Assembly: GCA_038523235.1 (NCBI GenBank)
Contig: JBCBJQ010000014.1
Coordinates: 1 to 64,000 of the forward strand
DNA from: Cyanobacteria bacterium J06626_4
GTDB lineage: Bacteria > Cyanobacteriota > Cyanobacteriia > Phormidesmidales > Phormidesmidaceae
Direction of reading: 5' to 3'
Length of the DNA stretch: 64,000 bases
Under the pieces are notes generated by a model, which was given only the letters and a program-made list of their open reading frames with translations, made no database searches and was not told the DNA's origin. Positions 51,430 through 61,756 of this stretch are shown here, piece after piece. How positions within the stretch are numbered: position 1 is the first letter of the stretch; each line of letters starts with the position of its first letter. The position numbers and the translations under genes were made by a program.

Positions 51430-52056
51430 GTGGCGATGAAATCCTCCCCAGATGACTCTCCGCTAGCGGATGCGGCGGCGCCTGCTAGTGATCCCGCGAC
51501 GCCAGCAGCACTGCCTCGCTGGCGTCGCCTTTGGGCCAGTCAGCAAGAGAACGTTCGCATTCTGGCGATCGCCCTGCTGGTGGCAATTGTGCTGCGGGTC
51601 TTTGTGGCGGAACCCCGCTTCATCCCCTCCAACTCGATGGAACCAACGCTTCATGTGGGCGATCGCCTGCTGGTCGAAAAAGTTTCTACCCATTTACATC
51701 CCCCCCAGGTGGGCAACATCGTGGTCTTTGAACCACCGCCGCAGCTCCGCCAGTATGGCTACAGCGGCAAGCAAGCCTTTATCAAGCGCGTGATTGCAAC
51801 CCCCGGCGAAACGGTCACGGTGTCTGATCATCAGGTCTTTGTCAACGGCCTACCCCTGCAAGAAAGCTACATTTTGGAACCGCCCGATTATCTGATGGGC
51901 TCTGTGACCGTGCCGCCCGGCAATGTTTTTGTCATGGGTGACAACCGCAACGACAGCAACGACTCGCACGTCTGGGGCGTACTGCCTCAAGAGAATGTTA
52001 TCGGGGTGGCACGCTTGCGGTTTTGGCCCTTGTCACGAGTCGGTGCGGTCTCGTAA
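51430..52056 (+). CDS. lepB: Signal peptidase I
   Basis: IPSNSMEPTL, FIKRV, MGDNRNDSNDSH. Confidence 0.95.
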   Translation: MAMKSSPDDSPLADAAAPASDPATPAALPRWRRLWASQQENVRILAIALLVAIVLRVFVAEPRFIPSNSMEPTLHVGDRLLVEKVSTHLHPPQVGNIVVFEPPPQLRQYGYSGKQAFIKRVIATPGETVTVSDHQVFVNGLPLQESYILEPPDYLMGSVTVPPGNVFVMGDNRNDSNDSHVWGVLPQENVIGVARLRFWPLSRVGAVS

Positions 52057-52191
52057 GTCACCTGATTTCAGGATTAGGGCTGAGGCACCGGTTCTCATCA
52101 AGATCAGCACTCTCCTCAAAGAGGGTAGGGCATAGGGACCAAAGAGGGTGAGGCGTAGAGGGCAAACGGGTGTCGCCCAGGACGCTGAGCG

Positions 52192-52755
52192 TCAGACATT
52201 GAGATAATGCATCCACTGGCTAGTTTGGGCAGCGGATAGGCGGAGTCGATGATGGGCGTCACCCCAGTTGAGAAACGGCGATCGCCGCCTTTCGTTAATG
52301 ATCTGCTCAGCGACTCGGGCTGACATGCCCGGTAACGCCATCAATTGCCCCACAGTGGCCTGGTTAAGCGACGTGGACTGAGCGGCGATCAAACTCTCGG
52401 GGTCGTAATAGCAAAAAGCCAGAACGGGGCTCAGCGGCTCTAGAGCGCGACTAGATATCCCCAACGCCGCGGCGATATCGTCCAAGCCACAAAACACGAC
52501 GCCATTTTGGCTCAGCGTAGCCAAGGTGCGCGCTTGATGAATCGACAGGCCCGGTAACCGTAACCAATCATCAATGGTGGCCTGGTTGACATCAATGGTG
52601 ATGCCCAAATCAGCCGCGATCGCCACCTCTTCGAGGCTGTCAAGCCGCGCCAAGGGGTCGCGCTGCAGCCGCGATCGCGCCGGATGAAACTGTCGCAGCC
52701 AGGCCTGTAGGGGGCGACGAGCTGGCTCTGGGGGAGGTCTAAAGTGGTTCGCCAT
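52192..52755 (-). CDS. ComEA-like helix-hairpin-helix DNA-binding protein
   Basis: IDVNQATIDDWLRLPGLS and LNQATVGQLMALPGMS. Confidence 0.85.
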   Translation of the reverse strand: MANHFRPPPEPARRPLQAWLRQFHPARSRLQRDPLARLDSLEEVAIAADLGITIDVNQATIDDWLRLPGLSIHQARTLATLSQNGVVFCGLDDIAAALGISSRALEPLSPVLAFCYYDPESLIAAQSTSLNQATVGQLMALPGMSARVAEQIINERRRSPFLNWGDAHHRLRLSAAQTSQWMHYLNV

Positions 52756-52784
52756 GCTCTGCTCAACGCATCGCTAAATCAGTC

Positions 52785-53213
52785 TTAGTTTAGCTTCGCT
52801 AGCAAATTGCGCCGCTTTTGTTCAAACTCTTGCTCTGAGAGCAGCCCCTCTTGGCGCAGCTGCTCCAACTCTCTGAGTGCCGCGGCGATCGCCTGAGTTT
52901 GTTGCGAGGCCGTGACGCCGACATCACTCACCGCCGCCCCCGTCGCCTCAGGCAATTCGCCCCGGCGCGACTTTGACAGCAACCAAACCGCCTCAACCGC
53001 ACAGGCAATCCGCGGAATTTGCGTCCATCCCAGCAGCAAATAAACCCCGCCCCAAATAGGCTGCCCCAGATAAAACTTATGGAGCCCAGTAATCGGGATC
53101 GGCAAAGGACTGAGCGCCCCGGCAAACGCTAGGACGGCAGCAATGCGCCATTGTTGCGATTGCTCTCGGGGCGTTTTTTGACCAGTGCTCGATGCAGTTT
53201 GACGACTCGTCAT
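52785..53213 (-). CDS. TM2/NINE membrane protein with C-terminal SHOCT domain
   Basis: GLHKFYLG; LRELEQLRQEGLLSEQEFEQKRRNLL. Confidence 0.85.
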   Translation of the reverse strand: MTSRQTASSTGQKTPREQSQQWRIAAVLAFAGALSPLPIPITGLHKFYLGQPIWGGVYLLLGWTQIPRIACAVEAVWLLSKSRRGELPEATGAAVSDVGVTASQQTQAIAAALRELEQLRQEGLLSEQEFEQKRRNLLAKLN

Positions 53214-53654
53214 TGGCACCTCAAACCATCCTGTTGCCTGACTCTGGCTCTGTAAAGGTTAAGGCAGAGCAGGCCCGCTATCGGCGTCCCTATAGCCTAA
53301 CGTCTAGACGGCTCAACGATCAGACCCTCATTGTGAGCCAGCCCCCTCTCGTCATCATAAACGGAGGTCATCAATCTCATCGCCATGTCGCGACCGTGCA
53401 AAGACTCTTGAAACACAAGGGCAGCCTAGCGGTTTATTCATTAATATGGCTGTTAGGCTCGTGTTAGCTCACAGCCCTGGATCAAGTGATGATGCTCTAG
53501 TCGCCACTCATATCCTTCCATAACCGGTCTACAACGTTAGTCTAGGGGCACTCCGGCTTAGTCAGCTTACGGCTCTGTAGCCCCCCGCTCAGAACGGCCA
53601 GAAAAATATGTCCCTTGTTGATTTCCCCGTTTGCCCCCATCTTGTTCGATTTGC

Positions 53655-54608
53655 ATGACACCACCGGTTTTTTCACCCGACTGGCTTAAACAGTTTTCTG
53701 ATCCCTATGCGGTATTGGGGGTGGCCGTTACGGCTGACGAAAAACGCATCGCCAAGCGTTATCGACAGATTGCTAAATGTTTGCACCCGGACCAGCAAAT
53801 GGGGGCTGAAGCAGCTACGCGCGAATTTGCCAATCAGATTCTCACCCGCTTGATTAACCCGGCCTATCAACGCCTCAAGCAAGATAAAGGGCGCGCCGAA
53901 ACCTTAGCGACCTTGCGCTTCAAAGTGCGCCGCCTGAACCGAGAAAAAAAATTGACCAGCCAGGCCAGTCTTTCTAAGCAGCTGTTGGCGATCGATGAGC
54001 CTGAAGTCGAAGTTTTTTACGAAAAGGCGCTAACAGAGCTTTCCGAACCTCAACACACCTCAGTTGAATCATTTGTTACTCAAACGACCGCAATTTCTGA
54101 GCTCAATTTAATCTACCTCCGTCGCAAAATGGGCGACCCCGTCATTCGTGAAAAACGCACGGGGTTGGTCGCATCCGCCACGGTTAACAACGGGGCAACC
54201 GTCACCGCTTCACCAGTCCCTTCTAAGGGCACGAATAAAGAAGCGCCTGCGGTTGACTATGCTCAGCGACATGTGATGCGCGCCAAAACCTACATTGCCA
54301 GCAAGTCTTTTTCGCAAGCGGTGCAAGAGCTGCGAGATGCCGTTCGCATTGAGCCCGAAAACAGCAATTACCACACGATGCTGGGACAAGCCTACCTCAT
54401 GCAAAAAATGGTAGGTATGGCCAAAGTGCATGTTCGTCAGGCGCTTAAACTTGACCCCAACAATCACATTGCTCACAAATACGCCAAGCAGCTCCAAATT
54501 GAGATCGTCCCCCCTAAGGCGCAAAGCAACGGCCAACAGAATGGCCGCAGCCAACCTCAAAAAGGCGGCTTCTTCAGTTTTTTTACACGTAATCGAGCCG
54601 CTAAGTAG
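53655..54608 (+). CDS. J-domain protein with TPR repeats
   Basis: DPYAVLGV...LHPD...INPAY; C-terminal TPR pair. Confidence 0.88.
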   Translation: MTPPVFSPDWLKQFSDPYAVLGVAVTADEKRIAKRYRQIAKCLHPDQQMGAEAATREFANQILTRLINPAYQRLKQDKGRAETLATLRFKVRRLNREKKLTSQASLSKQLLAIDEPEVEVFYEKALTELSEPQHTSVESFVTQTTAISELNLIYLRRKMGDPVIREKRTGLVASATVNNGATVTASPVPSKGTNKEAPAVDYAQRHVMRAKTYIASKSFSQAVQELRDAVRIEPENSNYHTMLGQAYLMQKMVGMAKVHVRQALKLDPNNHIAHKYAKQLQIEIVPPKAQSNGQQNGRSQPQKGGFFSFFTRNRAAK

Positions 54609-54799
54609 GGTTATCTCGCCTTGGCGACGCGATCGGGCCACTTTTAGAGTGAAGTTGTAATTACGGAGGTTAACCAGGGGTTTAATCAAGGCTTGAGGGA
54701 TTCTCTCGATGATGTGCCTTGTCAACTGGCTGTTCTCTAAAAATTACGGCGGTAACCAGTTTCTTTTTCAACAGAACATATTATTAATCACTCGGTGAA

Positions 54800-55117
54800 A
54801 TGGGAATTTTTGATTCTGAAATTGTTCAACAAGAAGCCATGTCACTGTTTCAGGACTATCAGAACCTGATGCAGATGGGCAGTGGCTATGGCAAGTTCGA
54901 TCGCGAAGGCAAAAAACTCTACATCCAACAAATGGAAGATGTGCTGGAGCGCTACCGCATCTTTATGAAGCGGTTTGAGCTATCGGATGATTTCATGGCC
55001 AAGATGACCGTTGAGCAGCTCAAAACTCAGCTCAGCCAAGCCGGTATGACGCCGCAGCAAATGTTTGACCAAATGCACGTGACGCTAGAGCGGATGAAGG
55101 CTGAAATCAAAGATTAA
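54800..55117 (+). CDS. DUF1825 family protein
   Basis: FDSEIVQQEA, YGKFDREGK, FMKRFELSDDF. Confidence 0.88.
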   Translation: MGIFDSEIVQQEAMSLFQDYQNLMQMGSGYGKFDREGKKLYIQQMEDVLERYRIFMKRFELSDDFMAKMTVEQLKTQLSQAGMTPQQMFDQMHVTLERMKAEIKD

Positions 55118-55301
55118 ACCGGAGGCATCCAGAATCCACGGCCATAGACCCGCAGGGATAGAGTTTGTGGATGCTCGGTATCAATGAAATTAAGGTGTTC
55201 GCTCAACTCGCCCATATAGTCAGTCGAGAGCCGTCATTAGACCCAGCCGGCGGTGGTGCGTCACGCTTCAACTTGCCGTCGAGAGCCGTGATAAACGATG
55301 T

Positions 55302-55377
55302 GTAGGGTGCGTTGGGCTACCGCCGCAACGCACCGTCAGCTGGTCTTTGGTGCGTCACTTGGCGTGACGCACCCTAC
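55302..55377. repeat. GTAG-type REP doublet (REPIN-like)
   Basis: GTAG-ggtgcgttg..caacgcacc and an inverted ggtgcgtcac..gtgacgcacc-CTAC. Confidence 0.75.
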
Positions 55378-55515
55378 GATAGTGATGCTTACTGGTATCT
55401 TCTGACCGGGAAATCGCCTAAGTGTTTGGTTGCCGTTGCCCAGAATGTTGGGGCAATGGCGTTTCACGAGATGTCTGTCAGCAACAGCTAGCTTGGCGAA
55501 GCGCTCGTCTGACGG

Positions 55516-56712
55516 CTACTCCGGCAGTTTGTACTGACTCACAATTCGCTTAGCAAACTCGGGCACATGAGCCGCCAGCTTCTCAGGATAGTGGCGCTTC
55601 GTATAGAGATAGTTGCGGGTGAAGTGAGAATCGATCGAGAAACGCGCATATTCCAGCCCTTTGGGCCCGATGCGCTCAATCACTACGCCCATCAGTTTGG
55701 CCGCCCACATCGGCAGCGTCACGCCTTTGTCATAGGCCGGAATGCTTTGCTGCACCGCTGCCTGGCGATCGCCCGTCGACATGACTGGCTGGGTATCGAG
55801 CTGATCCATCACCAGATCGAGCATCTCTTGGCCGCGATCGTTGCGCACGGTAATCCACTGCCAGCCAAAAGGTGCCCCCATGTAGCCCACCACGATATCC
55901 GCCAGGCCATTCACATAATCGAAACAGGTCATGCAGGAGGGGGCAAAGACATCCTTGAGCTGATCTGTCTTTAAGCCAAAGAAGGGCACCGTCTCAGTCG
56001 AGCCGTCTTCATGCTTGAAATGCACTCGAAAATCCTGCATGAATTCGTAGTGAACGACGGTCTCGGGGGAACGACTGGTGGTGTCTAAAAACTTTTGCAG
56101 GCCCGCCCGAGTGACATTATCCACGCAGGGAGTACCCAGCACGTACAGCTTTTCTAGCCCCATCGATTTTTCTACCGCCCGCAGCGCCTGAATCTGGCAG
56201 CCGACTCCGATGACGAGCAGCCGTTTCATGCCCGACTTTTCTACCTGCTCCAACACCGACAGGTTGGGCGATAGGGTGGGTTTGTTGACTTTGGCCGCCA
56301 GTATTTCTGCCGGCGTGGTAGCAATAATCGGCTGGGGTTGGAACCGGTCTTCTGCCGTATTCTGCACGCAGACAACGCCTTCGACCTTGCCCTGGGTCAG
56401 CATTTCAATGGCAATCGTGCTCACAATCCCCGTCCACTGAGCCCCTTCAATCGGCTGCTGCTTACGCGCCGCCATCATGTCTTGATGAACCCCGAAATAT
56501 TGCTCGTTTTCATTCTCCAGATCGCGATCGCGCCCGTGGGTTTGCGCTTCTAGCTCTGGAAACTGTTGGTTTAAAAACGCGCAGGCTTCTTTGACATAGT
56601 GAATGTAATAGGTGTCGCAGAGGCCACATTCGCTACAGAGTTCTTTGGCCGGACGGCGCGCCCCTGGACGAAGGGCTTTGGCTTTTTGGTGAGAGGGCTG
56701 AGCCAGCGTCAT
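55516..56712 (-). CDS. bciB: Ferredoxin-dependent 3,8-divinyl chlorophyllide 8-vinyl reductase (FrhB family)
   Basis: LCSECGLCDT, GAQWTGIV, GVGCQ, GTPCVDN, SCMTCFDY. Confidence 0.88.
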   Translation of the reverse strand: MTLAQPSHQKAKALRPGARRPAKELCSECGLCDTYYIHYVKEACAFLNQQFPELEAQTHGRDRDLENENEQYFGVHQDMMAARKQQPIEGAQWTGIVSTIAIEMLTQGKVEGVVCVQNTAEDRFQPQPIIATTPAEILAAKVNKPTLSPNLSVLEQVEKSGMKRLLVIGVGCQIQALRAVEKSMGLEKLYVLGTPCVDNVTRAGLQKFLDTTSRSPETVVHYEFMQDFRVHFKHEDGSTETVPFFGLKTDQLKDVFAPSCMTCFDYVNGLADIVVGYMGAPFGWQWITVRNDRGQEMLDLVMDQLDTQPVMSTGDRQAAVQQSIPAYDKGVTLPMWAAKLMGVVIERIGPKGLEYARFSIDSHFTRNYLYTKRHYPEKLAAHVPEFAKRIVSQYKLPE

Positions 56713-57385
56713 AGGATGTGTAAAAACGTATTTCGCAAGTGTCTGCTAATCACCATACCGCAAGGGTTTGACCCTCTCCTTTTTCGGTTTCTAAATGTAA
56801 CGAAGGATGGCAAAAGTCTATTTACAGTTGCGGAATACTCAATGGCAAACCCATCACTCAAACTGGCTGATGTGGGGTAAGCCGTGAGGCGACGCGAGTT
56901 CAGGAGGCCAGCCCCTCTGTGCCATTTGCCTCTAATTAACCGATCCAGTGGACTCAGCGCTGCAAAGACTCCTCAGGATAGGAGTTTTGCCGACCGGGTT
57001 TGACAGCATCAAACTCGGGCAATTGGAGACGTGGAGGCAACTGCCTGGCCAGCTAGCCACCCCTGGGTGAGGAGATCGGGCGAGAAAATTTTGAGAATTT
57101 CACCGAATGCGCAAGGCTTCAGAAATTCTAGACTATGCTTAACGTTAAGTTGAATTGAGCGACTGCCCAATACCGCTGGCGATGCCAACCCCAGTTTTCA
57201 GCGGTAGAAGAAAATTCTAAACTGTTGAGAGCTGTGGCCCAAGTCTCAGCCTCACTGCTGGAGTCATTGCTGACGCGTAGTGCTGGCTAAGCCCTCAAGC
57301 CCCTGCGTTCTTTTCTAAAAGAGGCGGCTCCGACTACGAGCAACGCGTGCGATTTTGCCGGAGACTTACCGGACTGAGCTGCTGA

Positions 57386-59431
57386 ATGATTTCTTGTCTA
57401 AACCCCCATTGCTCCCATCCTGATAATCGCGACACCGCGACGGAGTGTCGCAACTGCGGTAAGCCGTTAGTAAAAATGCTGCGGGGCCGCTACTATCCCG
57501 AAAGGCTGATTGGCCGAGGTGGCTTTGGGCGCACCTATTTAGCTCAAGACAGCGATCGCCTCAATGCGCCCTGCGTCATCAAGCAATTTGCGCCCCAAAC
57601 CCAGGGCACCAAATCTTTTCATAAAGCGGTCGACCTGTTCAATCAAGAAGCCATACGCCTGCATGATCTGGGGGAGCATGTGCAAATCCCCGCTTTGCTG
57701 GCCTATTTCGAACATGATCAGTATCTGTATTTGGTGCAGCAGTTTATCGACGGCAAAACGCTCATCCAAGAGATTGTGGAAAATGGGCCATTGGACGAGA
57801 TCGGCATTCGGGATTTGCTCAACGATGTGTTGCCCGTTCTGGATTTTATTCATCAGCACAATGTCATTCACCGCGATATCACCCCCACCAACCTGATTCG
57901 CCGCGACACCGATCGCCGATTGTTTGTGATTGACTTTGGCATTGCCAAGCGCTTTGGCGAAGCCCTCGCGGACGGCCCCGGCACTCGCATTGGCACCGAA
58001 GGCTATGCCCCAATTGAGCAGCTGCGGGGGGGGCAAGCCTATCAGTCAAGCGATCTCTACAGTTTAGGAGCCACCTGTTTGCACCTGTTTACCGGGCGCA
58101 AACCTGATAATTTATACGACCACATGGCGGGGCGTTGGCGCTGGCGCGACGTGTTGGCGAAACAGCAGCGCTCGATCAGTGCAGAACTGGCCGCTGTGCT
58201 TGACCGTTTGGTGCTCGATGCCGTGGGCGATCGCTTTCAGACCGCGCGCGAAGTCATGGCGGCGCTGCAGTCACTGCCGACTTTTCAGGGCGCGGTGCCG
58301 GGTTGGGTGCGACAGCACCCGTCAGGCAGTCTGCCCTCTTCGGCGGAGATGCTGCCCCAGCCAGCGGGGGTGCCCGCCGTGGCAATCGACCCGGTGCCCG
58401 AGACCGTGCCGCCGCCGCCGACCCCAACACTCTCAGTCCCGGCACCACTGACGCCTGCTCCCGTAGCGGCTCCGCCCACAGAGACGTCAGCCGTCACCCT
58501 CTCTTCCGCCCCGACCGTCGCTGATTTTGCGCCTTCTGGCATCCCAGAATGGCAGTGTGTACGCACCTTGACTGGGCACCAGTCTTGGGTGACTGCCGTG
58601 GCCTTTAATCCGCGATCGGCGACGCTGGTCAGCGGTAGCCTGGATGACAGCATTAAAATCTGGAACCTGCAGACTGGCAAGGTCTCAGCCACGTTACAGG
58701 GCCATCCTCGAGGTGTTAATGATTTGTGCATTAGCACCAAAGGTCAGGTGTTAGTAAGCTGCGGCGATGACGACACCGTGAAAGTGTGGAACTTGGTGGC
58801 CGGGCGGTTGATTCACACTCTGGAAGGGCACGTGCGCGATGTCACCAGCGTGGCGATCGGCCATCAGGGCTGGACCTTAGCGAGCAGCAGTAAAGATAAA
58901 ACCATCAAGCTCTGGAAGCTAGATAAGGGCACCCCCATTGGCACCCTGTTAGGGTCGCCCGCTGCGGTGAGAGCCGTGGCAATGACCCCCGATGAGGCAT
59001 TTCTCTTTAGCGGGGGCCTCGATCATAAAGTTCGCCTGTGGGATCTCAAAACTGGGGAGATGGTGCGCTTCTTTTCGGGGCATGTGAGCCCCGTCAATGA
59101 TGTCGCGGTGAGCCGGGATGGGCTGGTCGTGGTCAGCGCCAGCAAAGACAAAACCCTCGTGGTGTGGAGTGTGGGCACCGGCTCGATTATCCACGTTCTC
59201 AAGGGCCACAGCAAAGAGGTTAACTCCGTCGCCATTGCCCCGGACAATCGCACCATCATCAGTGGCAGTAGCGATCGCACCGTCAAAATCTGGGATGCCC
59301 GCACCGGTAAACTGCTGCATACGCTGATTGGTCACGGTCATACGGTGAATGCAATCGCCATTCATCGCACTGGTCGACTCATCGCCAGCGCCAGCGCCGA
59401 CAAAACTATTCGCGTCTGGCGCTTTGGCTAA
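57386..59431 (+). CDS. Ser/Thr protein kinase with N-terminal 4-Cys prefix and WD40 propeller
   Basis: CLNPHC..CRNCG, GRGGFG, HRDITPTN, DFG, GYAPIEQ, Pro-rich linker, 7 WD repeats. Confidence 0.93.
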   Translation: MISCLNPHCSHPDNRDTATECRNCGKPLVKMLRGRYYPERLIGRGGFGRTYLAQDSDRLNAPCVIKQFAPQTQGTKSFHKAVDLFNQEAIRLHDLGEHVQIPALLAYFEHDQYLYLVQQFIDGKTLIQEIVENGPLDEIGIRDLLNDVLPVLDFIHQHNVIHRDITPTNLIRRDTDRRLFVIDFGIAKRFGEALADGPGTRIGTEGYAPIEQLRGGQAYQSSDLYSLGATCLHLFTGRKPDNLYDHMAGRWRWRDVLAKQQRSISAELAAVLDRLVLDAVGDRFQTAREVMAALQSLPTFQGAVPGWVRQHPSGSLPSSAEMLPQPAGVPAVAIDPVPETVPPPPTPTLSVPAPLTPAPVAAPPTETSAVTLSSAPTVADFAPSGIPEWQCVRTLTGHQSWVTAVAFNPRSATLVSGSLDDSIKIWNLQTGKVSATLQGHPRGVNDLCISTKGQVLVSCGDDDTVKVWNLVAGRLIHTLEGHVRDVTSVAIGHQGWTLASSSKDKTIKLWKLDKGTPIGTLLGSPAAVRAVAMTPDEAFLFSGGLDHKVRLWDLKTGEMVRFFSGHVSPVNDVAVSRDGLVVVSASKDKTLVVWSVGTGSIIHVLKGHSKEVNSVAIAPDNRTIISGSSDRTVKIWDARTGKLLHTLIGHGHTVNAIAIHRTGRLIASASADKTIRVWRFG

Positions 59432-59608
59432 CGGTGGCAGGTAGACCCGAGATTTTCCGCCGTCATCAGATAAACCTCGTACAATCACCAGTAGAGTCAG
59501 GGCGCCCGACGCATCGCCGACAAGCCTCTGGTCGGTTAGGGAAAATGCTCTACCCGATTTGGTGCCTCACCTCAGTCTTGACCTCATAGCTGTCTCGTTT
59601 TTACCCCT

Positions 59609-60529
59609 ATGGACTTTGCGCCCGCCTTGCCCACGTTTTTTGTCACTCTACGCGAAGGCGTGGAAGCGGCCCTAGTGGTGGGAATTGTGCTGGCCTGTTT
59701 GGGCAAAGCACAACAAAGTCGCCTCAACCGCTGGGTGTATTTAGGGATTGGGGCGGGGCTGCTGGGCAGCTTGCTAACGGGCATCATTATTTTCAACAGT
59801 GTGGCTCAGGTGGAGCGGGCGTTACCGACGCTAGAGCCTATCGTTGAACCGCTGTTCGACAGCTTGTTTTGCGCGATCGCCATCATCATGCTGAGCTGGA
59901 TGCTGCTGTGGATGACGCGCCAGGCGCGATCGCTCAAGTCGGAGCTAGAGGGTTCCGTCACGGCGGCCCTGAGTGAAAATGACGCTGCCGGTGTCACCAT
60001 CTTTAGCCTGGTGTGCATCGCCGTGCTGCGTGAAGGCATTGAGACGGTGCTGTTTATCTTTACCAGCGTGCAGCAGAGTGGCGCGGCAGCGATTGGGGCA
60101 GTGGGTGGATTAATCGGGGCCGCTTTGATCGGTTTGGCGCTGTTCAAATGGGGCCTGCGCATCAATCTGCGGGTCTTTTTTCAAGTCATGGGCGTGCTGC
60201 TGCTGCTGATTATTGGCGGTTTGGTGATCTCGTTCTTTCGCAATTTGGATGCAGCCTTTTTTGCCATCAGCAGCTTTGACCCAGTCAACGCCGATTTGTG
60301 CATCGCCCAAGACTCCTGCATTCTTGGGCCACTACTGTGGGATATTCACGACCAGTTGCCCGACAAGCAGTTTCCGGGCATTTTGCTCAAAACGCTGCTG
60401 GGCTATCGCGATCGCCTCTTTGCCGGTCAGGCCTTGGCCTATGTGGCCTTCCTAGTGACCGTGGGCAGCACCTACTTCCGCAGCCTCAATGCGCCGCTGC
60501 CGACCCAGCCCAAATCGGCCTCTAGCTAA
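59609..60529 (+). CDS. FTR1 family iron permease
   Basis: Two RExxE motifs (LREGVEA, LREGIET). Confidence 0.92.
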   Translation: MDFAPALPTFFVTLREGVEAALVVGIVLACLGKAQQSRLNRWVYLGIGAGLLGSLLTGIIIFNSVAQVERALPTLEPIVEPLFDSLFCAIAIIMLSWMLLWMTRQARSLKSELEGSVTAALSENDAAGVTIFSLVCIAVLREGIETVLFIFTSVQQSGAAAIGAVGGLIGAALIGLALFKWGLRINLRVFFQVMGVLLLLIIGGLVISFFRNLDAAFFAISSFDPVNADLCIAQDSCILGPLLWDIHDQLPDKQFPGILLKTLLGYRDRLFAGQALAYVAFLVTVGSTYFRSLNAPLPTQPKSASS

Positions 60530-60558
60530 CCTGAAGATTTTTCCCACCAGGGTCGCCC

Positions 60559-61455
60559 ATGACTGTCTTATTACCCGCGATCGCGCCGGTGGCCCTGATT
60601 GTCTTCATCGGCTTCCTAGCGGGTCGTACGCTGTCCCTAGAGCGTACGACCCTATCGCGGTTGAGCCTCTACGTCTTGCTGCCCGCGCTGATCGCCAGCA
60701 GCCTCTACGGCATGACGCTCTCGGTGCGCCAAGCTAGTGCGATCGTGGCGGGCTTTTTCCTCAGCTCAGCGATTTTGGCCGGTCTGGTCTACAGCCTCTG
60801 TCGGTTGCTCAAGGTCGAGCCGCTGACGCAAAAAACGCTGCTGGCCACTAGCCTGTTCGCTAACACCGGTAACTTAGGGCTCCCCTTCATCAGTTTTGCC
60901 CTGGGGGCCACAGGGCTAGAGCGGGCGATTGTTTACTTGATCAGCAGCAGCATTCTGTTGACTACAGTGGGGCCGACCTTGCTCAAAGGGGCAGGATTGT
61001 GGGTGGGCCTGCGTACAACGCTGCGCCTGCCAGTGTTTGGGGCGATGCTTGCCGGACTCACGCTACAGGCGCTCAATGTCACCCTGCCGCTGCGATTAGA
61101 TGCCGGTCTCGAACTGCTGGGAGGAGCGGCGATTCCGGTCGCGCTGGTGACACTCGGCTTGCAGTTAGCCAAAACTAATCTGTATGTGGATCGCGCGGTG
61201 CTGGCGGCGGCGGTGCTGCGGTTAGGCGTCGCGCCCACGATCGCCCTCACCGTCGGCGCGATGTTGGGGCTACAGGGGCAGGATTTGCAAGTCTTGGTTT
61301 TGCAGGCGGCTATGCCCACCGCCGTGAATACCTTTATCTGGGTAACGGAGTTTGGCGGTGATGCCGATCTGGTGGCGCGGGCGATCGTCCTCTCTACCCT
61401 GCTCAGCTTCATGACCTTACCGAGCCTGTTGTGGGCGCTGGTGACCTGGAGCTAA
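60559..61455 (+). CDS. AEC family transporter
   Basis: NTGNLGLP, AIPVALVTLG, QAAMPTAVN. Confidence 0.9.
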   Translation: MTVLLPAIAPVALIVFIGFLAGRTLSLERTTLSRLSLYVLLPALIASSLYGMTLSVRQASAIVAGFFLSSAILAGLVYSLCRLLKVEPLTQKTLLATSLFANTGNLGLPFISFALGATGLERAIVYLISSSILLTTVGPTLLKGAGLWVGLRTTLRLPVFGAMLAGLTLQALNVTLPLRLDAGLELLGGAAIPVALVTLGLQLAKTNLYVDRAVLAAAVLRLGVAPTIALTVGAMLGLQGQDLQVLVLQAAMPTAVNTFIWVTEFGGDADLVARAIVLSTLLSFMTLPSLLWALVTWS

Positions 61456-61756
61456 GGGCAACTTGCTCCTAGGATGAAAATTATCGCGATCGTCCCACCC
61501 TCTCAACTCAGAGGATATGATCAAGCTACCGTCTTAGCCGAGTTCGGTAGTTACGACCGAGCAACTTCGGCTTCATCCGACATCTTTCGCTCGTAACACT
61601 TTACAATTAGCAATGCTGCCAATTTTAGACTTTAGCGTCAGTGTGTTCTGAATCGTCAGAGTGCCAACGCTCCTAAATTGACGCAGCAAGCGCTTCCTTT
61701 GAGCCATCTCAAGGAAAGTCAGCTACGGTTTGTCGCACAGAAACTAGAGAGCAGTT

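Noticed and set aside
61474..61596. 40-codon ORF as an EF-G leader peptide
   Set aside because: No well-spaced RBS or telling codon pattern; compatible with chance.
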